A program made the translations under genes and the position numbers. This document shows positions 16,032 through 24,592 of a DNA stretch of 32,000 bases, piece after piece (position 1 is the first letter of the stretch; each line of letters starts with the position of its first letter). The DNA is from an uncultured Methanobrevibacter sp. (GTDB taxonomy: Archaea > Methanobacteriota > Methanobacteria > Methanobacteriales > Methanobacteriaceae). The stretch spans positions 1,413 to 33,412 of the forward strand of contig NZ_CAMVEE010000015.1 in NCBI RefSeq assembly GCF_947166415.1. Direction: 5' to 3'. The notes beneath the pieces were generated by a model. That model was not told where the DNA came from. It saw only the letters and a program-made list of their open reading frames with translations, and searched no databases.

Positions 16032-16883
16032 TTAATCAAATATCTCTTTTATTTCTTTAAATGCACTTCTTGCTTCAGGAATTGGAAAAAGAGGATATAT
16101 ATGGAATAATCCATTTCCAGTGATGAACTTTACGTTAACACCATCATCTTCCAGATTTTTAACATACCTTTTTATGTCCTTGTAAAATATTTCGTCTGTA
16201 CCTGCAAAGATTAATGTATCGGCCAAACCGGCATTATCCCCAAATAGCGGACTTACCCTATAGTCGTGAGTGTCTAAATCACTAGCCCATGATTTACCTA
16301 CCTCTTTAAGGCCGATTTCGCCTAAAATCACATCATTTTCACTGTCATAAGGAGGATTACTCATTGACACATCAACCCATGGCGAAAAGCTTATGATTCT
16401 CTCCGGTTGAGGCAGACCTATTGTTTTTAGATATTGGCAAAATGAGTGGATAAAACCGCCGCCTGCAGAGTCCCCCATCAAAGTTAAATTGCCCCTCTGA
16501 ATCAGCATTTCATACAACCCTGTGATTACATCATAAGTTTGCATAGCGCTACTTTTAGGAGCAAGCGGGTAAACAGGTGCAACAACATATGCATCCAGCT
16601 TTCGTGACAGCAAAAAACAATATAATAAATGCTGATAATTTATTTCCATAACATAAGCTCCACCATGCATGTACAAAATAGCATTCGTAGCGTTTTCATC
16701 CCCAAATGTGAAAACAGGTGTTCCACCAATGTCACTGCTTTTGAAAATACCCTTAGGAAGTTTGCTGTCTGATGGATTTTTTAACAAATCCTCAACCTTT
16801 TCGGCAGAATCCATGAAATCGGGTTTATTGAATCTCAAAATGAATTCCTCTATTTTTGCAATGAAAAATTTTTCGCCTGACAT
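16032..16883 (-). CDS. Alpha/beta hydrolase, esterase/lipase of the HSL (fold-3) type
   Basis: Oxyanion-hole motif HGGAY and the nucleophile elbow GDSAGG. 283 aa. Confidence 0.8.
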   Translation of the reverse strand: MSGEKFFIAKIEEFILRFNKPDFMDSAEKVEDLLKNPSDSKLPKGIFKSSDIGGTPVFTFGDENATNAILYMHGGAYVMEINYQHLLYCFLLSRKLDAYVVAPVYPLAPKSSAMQTYDVITGLYEMLIQRGNLTLMGDSAGGGFIHSFCQYLKTIGLPQPERIISFSPWVDVSMSNPPYDSENDVILGEIGLKEVGKSWASDLDTHDYRVSPLFGDNAGLADTLIFAGTDEIFYKDIKRYVKNLEDDGVNVKFITGNGLFHIYPLFPIPEARSAFKEIKEIFD

Positions 16884-17020
16884 ATTGTAATCATCAACAT
16901 TCCTTAAAGGAGTGAAAAGAAATATTTTTAAACTCCCCTTATTTTCTCAAAAAATAATATCTTTTTAAAAATTATATAGAGAAGTTATATTTTTTCTAAT
17001 TAATATATTATGATATTTTC

Positions 17021-17230
17021 AAAAAAATAGATAATAGGTGTTTAAAATTGAGGTGATTTTTAAACACCGAAGAGTTATATGGAAAATTTGGCAGATAATT
17101 TTCCGAAATATCAAATTAGAAAATTGTGAAAACTAATTCGATATTTTTAAAGATTTTGGAGATTGTATATTCGACTGATAATATACGTGTTAAGAGAAAA
17201 AATTTAGGCGTGCCTAAATTTCTGTTCTCA
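17021..17230 (-). ncRNA. Candidate iron-box-controlled small RNA, copy 2 (inverted paralog of 6898-7125)
   Basis: Minus-strand CGAAACCTTTATATA (plus 17253-17267) with an operator 34 nt downstream (17203-17218). Conserved core at 17113-17137 and AATCTCCAAA at 17155-17164. Hairpin GGAAAATT/AATTTTCC at 17081-17104. Terminal hairpin 17037-17068 whose minus-strand loop reads AATCACCTCAAT, followed by T7 (plus A7 at 17021-17027). No credible ORF. Confidence 0.5.
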
Positions 17231-17289
17231 TATAATTAGTAGTTGGCCATAGTATATAAAGGTTTCGGTATTTTTTAGGCATGCCTAAA
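17203..17289 (-). promoter_or_regulatory. Operator-TATA-operator module (iron-box-like) driving the copy 2 RNA
   Basis: TTTAGGCGTGCCTAAA 17203-17218 and TTTAGGCATGCCTAAA 17274-17289 flank the box A at 17253-17260. Confidence 0.6.
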
Positions 17290-17410
17290 TTTTAGCCATG
17301 GTTTTATCCAAATATAGCACGTGTTATATAACAGATTGTATAAAATAATATATAAATATTTCGGCTAACCAAAAAAATAGAATAAAAAAATAATAAAAGA
17401 TTGAAAGATC

Positions 17411-17680
17411 TTACATTAATCTTCCAACACCAGTAATTTCAAAACTAGCAACGCCGTCAATAGCTTGAACCATTTCTTCAACAGCTTCAGATCCACCTTC
17501 ACCGTCTTCGGTGATGAATTGTAAAATTACAGCAACTAAACCAAATGCAATTGGTTCTTCTGAAATTTCGTGAACTGTAGCGCCTTCAGGCATTGATGTT
17601 TTAATAGCTTCTTTAATACTTTCCAAATCAATATCTGGACTGTCTGGCATGATTTTCATAGTGGTTAATACTTCACCCAT
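17411..17680 (-). CDS. Translation elongation factor aEF-1 beta
   Basis: 89 aa. MGEV...MKIMPDSPDIDLE.IK..I.......V..I.EEPIAFGL.A......V.D.EGG.EA.EE....I.GV.S.E. is the typical archaeal EF-1beta pattern. GGAGG RBS. Confidence 0.88.
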   Translation of the reverse strand: MGEVLTTMKIMPDSPDIDLESIKEAIKTSMPEGATVHEISEEPIAFGLVAVILQFITEDGEGGSEAVEEMVQAIDGVASFEITGVGRLM

Positions 17681-17701
17681 TATAATTCCTCCATTTTAAA
17701 C

Positions 17702-17863
17702 TTATGGTCCTTCAAATCCGCATTCGCATTTGTAAGCGTGACCAAAGGTACGGCATTTTTCACATCTTGCTATTTTTGCTCCACAAATCGGACATTCAAA
17801 TTCTACGAATGGTCCAGTTAATGGAATTTCTTGTTTACATGAAATACATTCAACAGTTTTCAT
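17702..17863 (-). CDS. 53-aa zinc-ribbon protein (below the ORF-track length cutoff)
   Basis: Minus-strand translation: MKTVECISCKQEIPLTGPFVEFECPICGAKIARCEKCRTFGHAYKCECGFEGP. It has four CxxC-type pairs and lies between the kinase-fold gene and aEF-1beta. A small Zn-ribbon gene next to EF-1beta is a common archaeal arrangement. Confidence 0.7.
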   Translation of the reverse strand: MKTVECISCKQEIPLTGPFVEFECPICGAKIARCEKCRTFGHAYKCECGFEGP

Positions 17864-17865
17864 TT

Positions 17866-18534
17866 TTAATCACCTATAATTTGTGTGTAATTGAAGTTAT
17901 AATCATTTATATTATCATCTAAAAGAGACAAAACCCTTTCAGGATACTTCCCATTCACAACATAACAATTAGTCCCAAACTCTAATAAAAGAGAAGGTAA
18001 CATTACATCAATCGATGACTCTTGAAAAGTTAGTAAATTTGATGCATCGATTTTACTTATGAATGTTGAACCAGGCTCTTTTGGTTCTTGGGTATATATA
18101 CCATTTACATTTGTTACTATAAAAAGGTTCGCATTTAAGATATGGGCAACATAGGCTGCAATGGAATCTGAAGTGACATCCCATGAGCATTCGAACGGAT
18201 CTTCCTTTTTCAAGAAATCGGAAACTACAAAAATAGGAGTGAAACCTTCGCAGGATATTTTCTCAGCTTCATTAATTGAAAACGCCAATTTTGTGGATTC
18301 TGCCTTGTCATTGACCAATTTAGCTATTATATCCATGCAATCAATAGCTGTCCAGTGATTTGCTTCCTTGGAAAATCCTATTTCATCATCATATTTGCGA
18401 ATGAGGTTTGCAAATTCGCCTCCGCCTAAAATAATAAGAGAATTGGTATCCTTTAATTTTTCAGCCAGGTTTATGGCATGTTCAGGAAACAAACTTCCCC
18501 CAATCTTAACAACATGTTTTATGATAACAATCAC
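17866..18534 (-). CDS. Amino-acid-kinase-fold protein (possibly the methanofuran biosynthesis kinase MfnE)
   Basis: N-terminal VVKIGGSL and later ILGGG, VTSD and VTNVNGIY are amino acid kinase superfamily hallmarks. The roughly 220-aa stand-alone form in methanogens has been assigned to MfnE. That assignment is from memory and unverified. Confidence 0.5.
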   Translation of the reverse strand: MIVIIKHVVKIGGSLFPEHAINLAEKLKDTNSLIILGGGEFANLIRKYDDEIGFSKEANHWTAIDCMDIIAKLVNDKAESTKLAFSINEAEKISCEGFTPIFVVSDFLKKEDPFECSWDVTSDSIAAYVAHILNANLFIVTNVNGIYTQEPKEPGSTFISKIDASNLLTFQESSIDVMLPSLLLEFGTNCYVVNGKYPERVLSLLDDNINDYNFNYTQIIGD

Positions 18535-18578
18535 GACCCCGTTTAATTAAAAGTAGATATGATTAAATGATAGTTTGA

Positions 18579-18917
18579 CTATAAAAGTTTTAAATCGCCG
18601 GTCACTTCATCGATGATTTCATCCTCATCAGGTCCCAGAGCCAAAACTGTAACGCTTGATGTAGGTATCTGAGTACGTCCAGCATCAACTACAAGATAAT
18701 TGACAATGCCCTTTTCATCTGCCGCTTTCTTAAGCTCTGTAAGCTCCTCGAGAGTCTGAACCTTTAAAACCACCTTTGCATAGGCCTCATTTTCCCATTT
18801 TCTAATCTTGTCTGAAGGTGACTTCTTATATGCTCCAATTGATCCGTGACAACATTGGGCTGCGATTTTTCCCTTTCGCATTTTCAAATCTGTTCTGACT
18901 ATCATTACCTGTTTCAT
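18579..18917 (-). CDS. pth2: Archaeal-type peptidyl-tRNA hydrolase Pth2
   Basis: 112 aa. KQV.IVRTDLKM.KGK.AAQ..H......Y............W...G..KVVLKV....EL........G.....V.DAG.TQIP..S.TVLA.GP is the Pth2 family pattern. Confidence 0.88.
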   Translation of the reverse strand: MKQVMIVRTDLKMRKGKIAAQCCHGSIGAYKKSPSDKIRKWENEAYAKVVLKVQTLEELTELKKAADEKGIVNYLVVDAGRTQIPTSSVTVLALGPDEDEIIDEVTGDLKLL

Positions 18918-19033
18918 ATTATCAGTATTAGATATCTAGTTATGGTTTAAAAAAGTTTTTGCAAATATTATTGAAAAATTTAATTAATAGTAAAAAGAGA
19001 ATTATTAATGATTATATTTATAGGAAGATAATA

Positions 19034-20812
19034 ATGACTCGTATTTCAATTTTAGACAAAGACCGATGTCAGCCAAAAAAATGTGATTATCTCTGTATTC
19101 ATTACTGTCCAGGTGTTAGAATGGATGAGGACACCATAGTAATTGATGAAGATACTAAAAAACCGCTGATATCTGAAGAATTATGTGAAGGATGCGGTAT
19201 CTGTACCAACAGATGCCCATTTGATGCGGTTACCATTATCAACTTGCCTGAAGCCGCCGGCGATCCGATACACAGATTTGGTCCGAACCAATTTGAACTG
19301 TTTGGACTTCCTACACTTGAAGAGGGAACAGTATTGGGTCTTTTAGGTCAGAACGGTATTGGAAAATCCACAATAATGAATATCCTGGCAGGCAACTTAA
19401 TACCAAACTTTGGAGACTTCGAAAATCCTCCTGAAAACTGGGATAAGGTGATTGAATACTACAAAGGCTCAGCACTTCAAAAGTATTTCCAGGATTTGTC
19501 CGAAGGCAATGTTAAAACCATCTTAAAACCACAGATGGTCGACAAGCTTCCAAAAGTTGTTAAAGGTAAAGTAAGAGACCTGCTCACCAATGTAAATGAA
19601 AGGGACAAGCTTGACTACGTTACAAAAGAATTGCAGCTTGAAAACGTTTTGGACAGAAAAATGGAAAACCTGAGTGGAGGAGAACTTCAAAGGGTTGCGA
19701 TAGCTGCAACAGTGCTTAGGGAAGGTGACTTCTACTACTTCGACGAACCAACATCCTGGCTTGACGTGTCACAAAGGCTTAATGCTGTAAAGGTAATCAG
19801 GTCTCTGGCCGAAGAGGGAAAAAGCGTTTTGGTAATTGAGCACGACCTTGCTACATTGGATGCTCTTTCAGACAACATACATATCCTATACGGTACTCCG
19901 GGCGGATATGGTGTAGTGTCCGGAAGAAAAGGAGTTCGTTTAGGAATCAATGCTTACATCAAAGGATTTTTGGCTGAAGAAAACGTCAGAATCAGAAGAA
20001 ACGCCATTGAATTTACAATAAGGCCGCCTACTCCAGAAGATGAAGGCGAAGCGATTGCAAGCTACACAGACATCCGCAAGGATTATGACGGATTTGAATT
20101 GAGTGCCGACGAAGGTGAAATATTCTATGACGAAATCGTGACCGCATTCGGATCAAACGGTATCGGTAAGACCACATTTGCAAAGATGCTTGCAGGCGTT
20201 GAAGAGCCGACCTCAGGAGAAGTAGATGAGGAAGTTACAATCGCATACAAACCTCAATACATAGTTACAGATTTTGAAGGCAGTGTAAGCGACTTTTTAT
20301 ACATGAACGCACCAAGTTACGGAAGCAAAATCTTTGAAAGTGAAATTATGACTCCTTTCGGATTGAACGACATGCTCGACAAGCCTGTCAAAGGCTTGAG
20401 TGGAGGGGAACTTCAAAGACTAGCTATTGCTTCAACACTTGCAGCGGATGCTGAAATCTATCTTTTTGATGAACCGACCGCATTTTTGGATGTTGAACAG
20501 AGGTTAATAGCTGCAAGAGTAATCAGAAAAATGATTGAAAGTAGAAATGCCGCATCACTTATCGTTGATCACGATATCGTATTTATCGATTACATCTCAG
20601 ATAGGGCAATGGTATTTGACGGTACACCTGGTTTGAACGGTCATGCTTCAAAGCCAACTGACTTGAGAAATGCAATGAACGAATTTTTAGGAAATCTCAA
20701 CATTACATTCAGAAGAGATAAAGAAACAAAAAGGCCTAGAGTTAACAAACTCGACAGTTACAAAGACCGTGAACAAAAAGAAAAAGGAGAATATTATTAC
20801 TTGTCAGATTAA
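19034..20812 (+). CDS. ABCE1 / RNase L inhibitor-type ribosome recycling ATPase
   Basis: N-terminal di-cluster ferredoxin domain ([15 protein letters not shown]...[20 protein letters not shown]). Two ABC cassettes follow (GQNGIGKST / [12 protein letters not shown] / FDEPTSWLD and GSNGIGKTT / [12 protein letters not shown] / FDEPTAFLD). ATG 19034 gives the conserved MTRI start. The track extension from 18959 is not supported. Confidence 0.92.
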   Translation: MTRISILDKDRCQPKKCDYLCIHYCPGVRMDEDTIVIDEDTKKPLISEELCEGCGICTNRCPFDAVTIINLPEAAGDPIHRFGPNQFELFGLPTLEEGTVLGLLGQNGIGKSTIMNILAGNLIPNFGDFENPPENWDKVIEYYKGSALQKYFQDLSEGNVKTILKPQMVDKLPKVVKGKVRDLLTNVNERDKLDYVTKELQLENVLDRKMENLSGGELQRVAIAATVLREGDFYYFDEPTSWLDVSQRLNAVKVIRSLAEEGKSVLVIEHDLATLDALSDNIHILYGTPGGYGVVSGRKGVRLGINAYIKGFLAEENVRIRRNAIEFTIRPPTPEDEGEAIASYTDIRKDYDGFELSADEGEIFYDEIVTAFGSNGIGKTTFAKMLAGVEEPTSGEVDEEVTIAYKPQYIVTDFEGSVSDFLYMNAPSYGSKIFESEIMTPFGLNDMLDKPVKGLSGGELQRLAIASTLAADAEIYLFDEPTAFLDVEQRLIAARVIRKMIESRNAASLIVDHDIVFIDYISDRAMVFDGTPGLNGHASKPTDLRNAMNEFLGNLNITFRRDKETKRPRVNKLDSYKDREQKEKGEYYYLSD

Positions 20813-20904
20813 ATATTCCCTATTTTTTATCTTTTTTTAAAAACTTCCATCCAATATAGATATCAAAAACACGCAATACTTCATTATTAATAGAAAAATA
20901 GTTT

Positions 20905-21211
20905 AAAAAAAAATAGTTATTAAAGTTGAGGAGGAACCTTAATAACTATAGAGAGGCTAAATTATTACAATAGCATGACAAACGACATCTGACTGGCTGA
21001 CTAATGTAATAATTATTCTTAAATACTATGAAGCATGAAAGATCACTCACCATCTTTCAAACATTAGTGATTAGTTCACTAATCTTTGAAAGGCAATGAA
21101 AGATAGAGTGTAAATAGCTATTACTAGCTATTTACGTTAGTTAGTTATATGACCAATTTTAAAATTGAGGTATGGACATATAAATTATCAAACAGGGAAA
21201 TTTGATAATCT
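20905..21211 (-). ncRNA. Candidate structured non-coding RNA, unit A (stand-alone, own promoter)
   Basis: Minus-strand order: promoter module (21205-21265); 5' hairpin TTATCAAA/TTTGATAA (21185-21208); hairpin GTAAATAGCTA/TAGCTATTTAC (21110-21135); long hairpin CTTTCAAA-ATTAGTGA...TCACTAAT-TTTGAAAG (21054-21092); terminal hairpin 20913-20949 with minus-strand loop GGTTCCTCCTCAACT; then T8-9 (plus A-run 20905-20913). The architecture is shared with unit B. The 5' end is inferred. Confidence 0.5.
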
Positions 21212-21265
21212 ATACTATACTACCTAGTAATAACCATATAAATGTTATTAAAGTATTACTATTCA
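21205..21265 (-). promoter_or_regulatory. Duplicate of the Flp-like operon promoter module, facing unit A
   Basis: GATAATCTATACTATACTACCTAGTAATAACCATATAAATGTTATTAAAGTATTACT matches 25005-25060 with about 5 mismatches over about 56 bp. On the minus strand it reads GTAATAC, 10 nt, TTTATATG, GTTATTAC. Confidence 0.6.
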
Positions 21266-21534
21266 TAACAAGCTTTAAATTAGAAATAAAGATGTCAGTT
21301 TCTTTTAAATAAATTAAAAATATGCCCCAACCCAAATTATTCGAAAAGGACAGCCCAACATTCCCCGACGAAAAAAAATAATAAATTAAAAAATCATTAA
21401 AATAATCTTAAATTAAAAAATACTTCCTTAAAATAATTCGCAAATACAAACATGAACTTTAAATAGATATTTCATTAAAAAGATAAAAATAAAGGAGTAA
21501 AATTTGATTTTATCCCCAAACATATTAAAAAATA

Positions 21535-21566
21535 AAATGTAATACTTTTTTAAAAAATAATACTAC
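21535..21566. repeat. 32-bp element GTAATAC-N11-ATAATACTAC (copy 1 of 2)
   Basis: GTAATACTTTTTTAAAAAATAATACTAC (GTAATAC 21539-21545, ATAATAC 21557-21563) is nearly identical to 25342-25369, with the same 11-nt spacing. Confidence 0.55.
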
Positions 21567-21646
21567 ATAGAATAATATTTTTTTATAAAAAAGTAATATA
21601 ATTGTTGAACCATCCAAGAATACAAATTGATTCCAAAAATTAATTT

Positions 21647-21996
21647 AAAAAAAATAGCTATTAAAGACAAGAGGAGCTGATTACTTTAATAGCTATTGTA
21701 GACAGTGAAAGAAACCCATATATGATCATACAAATCTCTTTTTTGATTATTAATTATCTTACATTGATGGAGAAAATAAGCAATATCAATTGGTTATGCC
21801 AACAACCAATATTGCCCGGCTAATGATGAATTATCAACATAAAGATAATTAATTGAAAAATAATCAAAATATTGCTATTCTAACTATTTTTCTAACATTA
21901 GTGATTAACACACTAATCTTAGAAAGACAGTTGAATAATGAGAGTAAATAGCAATAAGCTATTTACAATCATCATATCTGACTATTTTTTAAAACT
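21647..21996 (-). ncRNA. Candidate structured RNA, unit B (3'-UTR position of the Flp-like operon)
   Basis: It begins directly after the mvhD-like stop (21997-21999) with no intervening T-tract. Hairpin GTAAATAGC/GCTATTTAC at 21944-21966. Long hairpin TTTCTAA-ATTAGTG...CACTAAT-TTAGAAA at 21889-21925. Terminal 14-bp perfect hairpin AATAGCTATTAAAG/CTTTAATAGCTATT (21653-21697) with minus-strand loop TAATCAGCTCCTCTTGT, then T8 (plus A-run 21647-21654). Confidence 0.5.
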
Positions 21997-22404
21997 CTAT
22001 TTTAATTCCAATGGCCCAAGTTTTGAGAGAGTTTTATGAAATTCTTCCATAGTTCTCTGAAATTTTTCACCTTCGGATGCTGAAATCCATTCATGACGGA
22101 ATCTCTCTTTTTCAATCCCAAACTCTTCAAGAATATCCTCTACAATTTTTGACCTTCTGGACCATTTGTAGTTACCTGCGTCATAATGGCAGTCACCAAT
22201 ATGGCACCCACCTACAAATACTCCATCGGCACCTTCCTGAAATGCTTTGAAAATCATTGAAGGGTTGATTCTTCCAGAGCACATTACACGAATAATTCTG
22301 ATGTTTGGAGAGTATTGCATACGTGCAGTTCCTGCTGTATCAGCACCACCATAACAACACCAGTTACATAATAAACCTACGATTTTTAAATCATCTGCCA
22401 TCAA
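21997..22404 (-). CDS. MvhD-like iron-sulfur protein (methyl-viologen-reducing hydrogenase delta subunit family)
   Basis: 135 aa. The pattern C.WC.Y.GAD.AG..R.QY....R.IRV.CSGR......AF..GADGV.V.GCH.GDCHY is diagnostic of MvhD/FlpD-type proteins. Confidence 0.85.
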   Translation of the reverse strand: MMADDLKIVGLLCNWCCYGGADTAGTARMQYSPNIRIIRVMCSGRINPSMIFKAFQEGADGVFVGGCHIGDCHYDAGNYKWSRRSKIVEDILEEFGIEKERFRHEWISASEGEKFQRTMEEFHKTLSKLGPLELK

Positions 22405-22412
22405 ACCACCTC

Positions 22413-23552
22413 TTATAATTCTGTTTTTTCTGGACTGTATAATGGAGGTTTGATATCATCTAAAACTCCAGCTACATAACCAGTTCTATTATAGTATTTT
22501 TTCTGCAATTTATCGAAAATCAATGAAACAGGAATGTCCATCGGACAAACATCATCACATTGGCCACAATCCACACAACTGAAACTCATGTGTGATAGCC
22601 TTACTCCCTGGAACGCTATTGGGAGAGGAGGGATGTTTGCTTCATCCTTGAAGTATGGTTTGTTCAATTCACAGTTTTCGAAGCACCAACAGATCGGACA
22701 AATGTCACGACATGCATAACAGCTAATACATCTGCTCCATTCATCCATTTCACTAACCAGTGGATAAGTGGCATCCTGATTCTTTTTAGCCATTTTGATC
22801 ATGATATTTTCAACTTTTGATCTGCCTTCAACAGCAGGCTCGGAAGGAGACTTGGTTTCAAGAATTCCTGCCTTTTTTGCACCATCTATTAATTCTTGGC
22901 CTTTTTCATCATTGATTTCTATGAATGTCCAGCCGTCCTCTGCTCCCCAGTTTCCACAGGCGATGTTTGCCTTTCTTGGGATTTTCACATCACATCTCTG
23001 GCAGTTTTTACGGCGTCCGTAACCTTCATTTTCAAGGTCATGGATTTTGACTGCCTCTTCGGAACCGTCTGCAAGTTCAATGATAAACTGTCCCTTATCG
23101 ATTTCTTCACTTATGACATCATCAGGATTGGCTTCATAGAACAGGTCAATCATCTCTCTTCCGCTAACAGGAGATACTGTTCCACCACAATTTAAACCAA
23201 TCATGTAAATATTATCCTTATTAATTTTGTGTCTAACTATAAGCTCTTCAACAGCCCTCATATCACATGGTTTGACTGTAAATGCAACTTTTTTATCAAA
23301 GAAATATTTTTGAACAAGATCACCAATCATTGTTGGAGCACAATGATAAGATCCTGCAGTTTTTAATAAATCCTGTGAATCAGTGATGAAAACAGGAAAA
23401 GCATCATAAACATCATCTTGAGGACTTAATGCCAAAACACCATCAACCAATCCTTCATCCAGCAAATATTTGAGAATGCTGGTTACGGCCCCTCCGCATT
23501 CACCAGCTTCATGAATTTCATTATTTTGAGATTTTGCTAAAACATAACTCAT
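22413..23552 (-). CDS. FdhB/FrhB-family F420-reactive flavo-iron-sulfur subunit with C-terminal 2x[4Fe-4S] ferredoxin motifs
   Basis: N-terminal [21 protein letters not shown] and AGS.Y are FrhB/FdhB-like. The C-terminal motifs are [16 protein letters not shown] and [16 protein letters not shown]. Confidence 0.8.
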   Translation of the reverse strand: MSYVLAKSQNNEIHEAGECGGAVTSILKYLLDEGLVDGVLALSPQDDVYDAFPVFITDSQDLLKTAGSYHCAPTMIGDLVQKYFFDKKVAFTVKPCDMRAVEELIVRHKINKDNIYMIGLNCGGTVSPVSGREMIDLFYEANPDDVISEEIDKGQFIIELADGSEEAVKIHDLENEGYGRRKNCQRCDVKIPRKANIACGNWGAEDGWTFIEINDEKGQELIDGAKKAGILETKSPSEPAVEGRSKVENIMIKMAKKNQDATYPLVSEMDEWSRCISCYACRDICPICWCFENCELNKPYFKDEANIPPLPIAFQGVRLSHMSFSCVDCGQCDDVCPMDIPVSLIFDKLQKKYYNRTGYVAGVLDDIKPPLYSPEKTEL

Positions 23553-23561
23553 ATTATCCCT

Positions 23562-24575
23562 CTATTTGTTTAATTCCCCGATAACTTCAATAATACCTAA
23601 ATTATCAGACCCAATTACGCAATTGAAATTTTGTACTTCTCCCATTGCATTTACAAAAGACCCGTCTTGTTCCAACCATGTTTTAACTGGAACAACAATG
23701 TTTGAGATTTTTGTAGTATCATTTTCACAGCAGGCAAAAGTGATAATTTTAGATATTTTAGTAAAATCATAATCGAATTCATCTACAACATCGTCATTGA
23801 AAACCAGCAGCAATTTAGTATTATCAAACAACTCCACCATTTCATCTGCGGATTTTGAATCAATGATATCTAAAGCACCTTTTGTATTAGGTTTACTGAA
23901 AACAGGTAGGGCTTTACAATTTAAAGATTCTATTTTATCCAAATCACCCGCTTCATCCACATAATTAAATACAACGACTGAAGAATCATCAATCTCTCCT
24001 TTGAATTTATCTAAAAATTCTTGAACTGAAGAGTTGGAAATTTCATCGGCAATATTGAAAGTAACTGCATTTTCATTTTTGCTTAAGGCATATATCTTGG
24101 CATCATTCTGTTTCGCATGAACAATTCTTCTTCCAATTAACGGATTTTCATACAACAAATCACCAATTACAAATACTTTGCTTGCATTTGCAATCTCATC
24201 ATATGAGGCCACATCCTCAAAATTCTTCAAATCATTTGCATAAAATCCAATATTAAAACCGTTAGATTCTGCGAAATCCTTAATTGCAGCAATATCTTCA
24301 ACACTACAATTACCAGAACAAATTACAGATACGTCTGATGCATTAGCTGATTTAATTTCATTTGAAGCGTCTGCAATTGAATTAGTCAAATCAACATTTT
24401 CGAATTTATTTTTAAAACAATCAATGGAATTTCTTCCATTCAAACAGTTTTTACCAGCGTTAACTGGATGCCTTTTATAGGGAAAAGTCCCAACAATTTC
24501 TTCACCATCTAAAATCACATTTATACCACAACCAACACTGCATGAAGGGCATAACGTGTGTTTAATTTCAAACAT
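23562..24575 (-). CDS. Truncated FdhA-like molybdopterin-oxidoreductase-family protein (N-terminal [4Fe-4S] domain retained, catalytic motif not seen)
   Basis: CPSCSVGCGINV...PVNAGKNCLNGR is the N-terminal Fe-S motif of formate dehydrogenase alpha / Mo-bisPGD enzymes. At 337 aa it is about half the usual length. No Cys-His (or TGA-encoded Sec-His) dipeptide is present anywhere in the translation. Confidence 0.65.
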   Translation of the reverse strand: MFEIKHTLCPSCSVGCGINVILDGEEIVGTFPYKRHPVNAGKNCLNGRNSIDCFKNKFENVDLTNSIADASNEIKSANASDVSVICSGNCSVEDIAAIKDFAESNGFNIGFYANDLKNFEDVASYDEIANASKVFVIGDLLYENPLIGRRIVHAKQNDAKIYALSKNENAVTFNIADEISNSSVQEFLDKFKGEIDDSSVVVFNYVDEAGDLDKIESLNCKALPVFSKPNTKGALDIIDSKSADEMVELFDNTKLLLVFNDDVVDEFDYDFTKISKIITFACCENDTTKISNIVVPVKTWLEQDGSFVNAMGEVQNFNCVIGSDNLGIIEVIGELNK

Positions 24576-24592
24576 AATACATCACCAAATCT

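Noticed and set aside
17704-17922. Plus-strand 72-aa ORF
   Set aside because: It overlaps the better-supported minus-strand zinc-ribbon gene (17702-17863) and the 3' end of the kinase-fold gene.
18959-19033. 25-codon N-terminal extension of ABCE1 in the ORF track
   Set aside because: It starts at a non-ATG codon in AT-rich intergenic sequence. The conserved ABCE1 N-terminus ([12 protein letters not shown]) begins at ATG 19034.
21029-21100. Short plus-strand ORFs in units A and B whose peptides look similar (..LTIFQTLVISSLIFERQ against ..LTIFLTLVINTLILERQ..)
   Set aside because: The shared residues coincide with the two arms of a conserved hairpin, and the differences are compensatory at the nucleotide level. 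Unit B would need a TTG start, and neither ORF has an RBS. RNA or DNA structure explains the conservation better than coding.
21322-21381. GC-rich island in the gene-free gap: a 19-codon Pro-rich ORF (MPQPKLFEKDSPTFPDEKK) and, on the minus strand, four G-tracts (GGGG..GGG..GGG..GGGG)
   Set aside because: The ORF has no RBS and is too short to assess. The G-tracts are separated by a 23-nt loop, which makes a stable G-quadruplex doubtful. Recorded only because it is the sole C/G-rich patch in 1.2 kb of AT-rich DNA.
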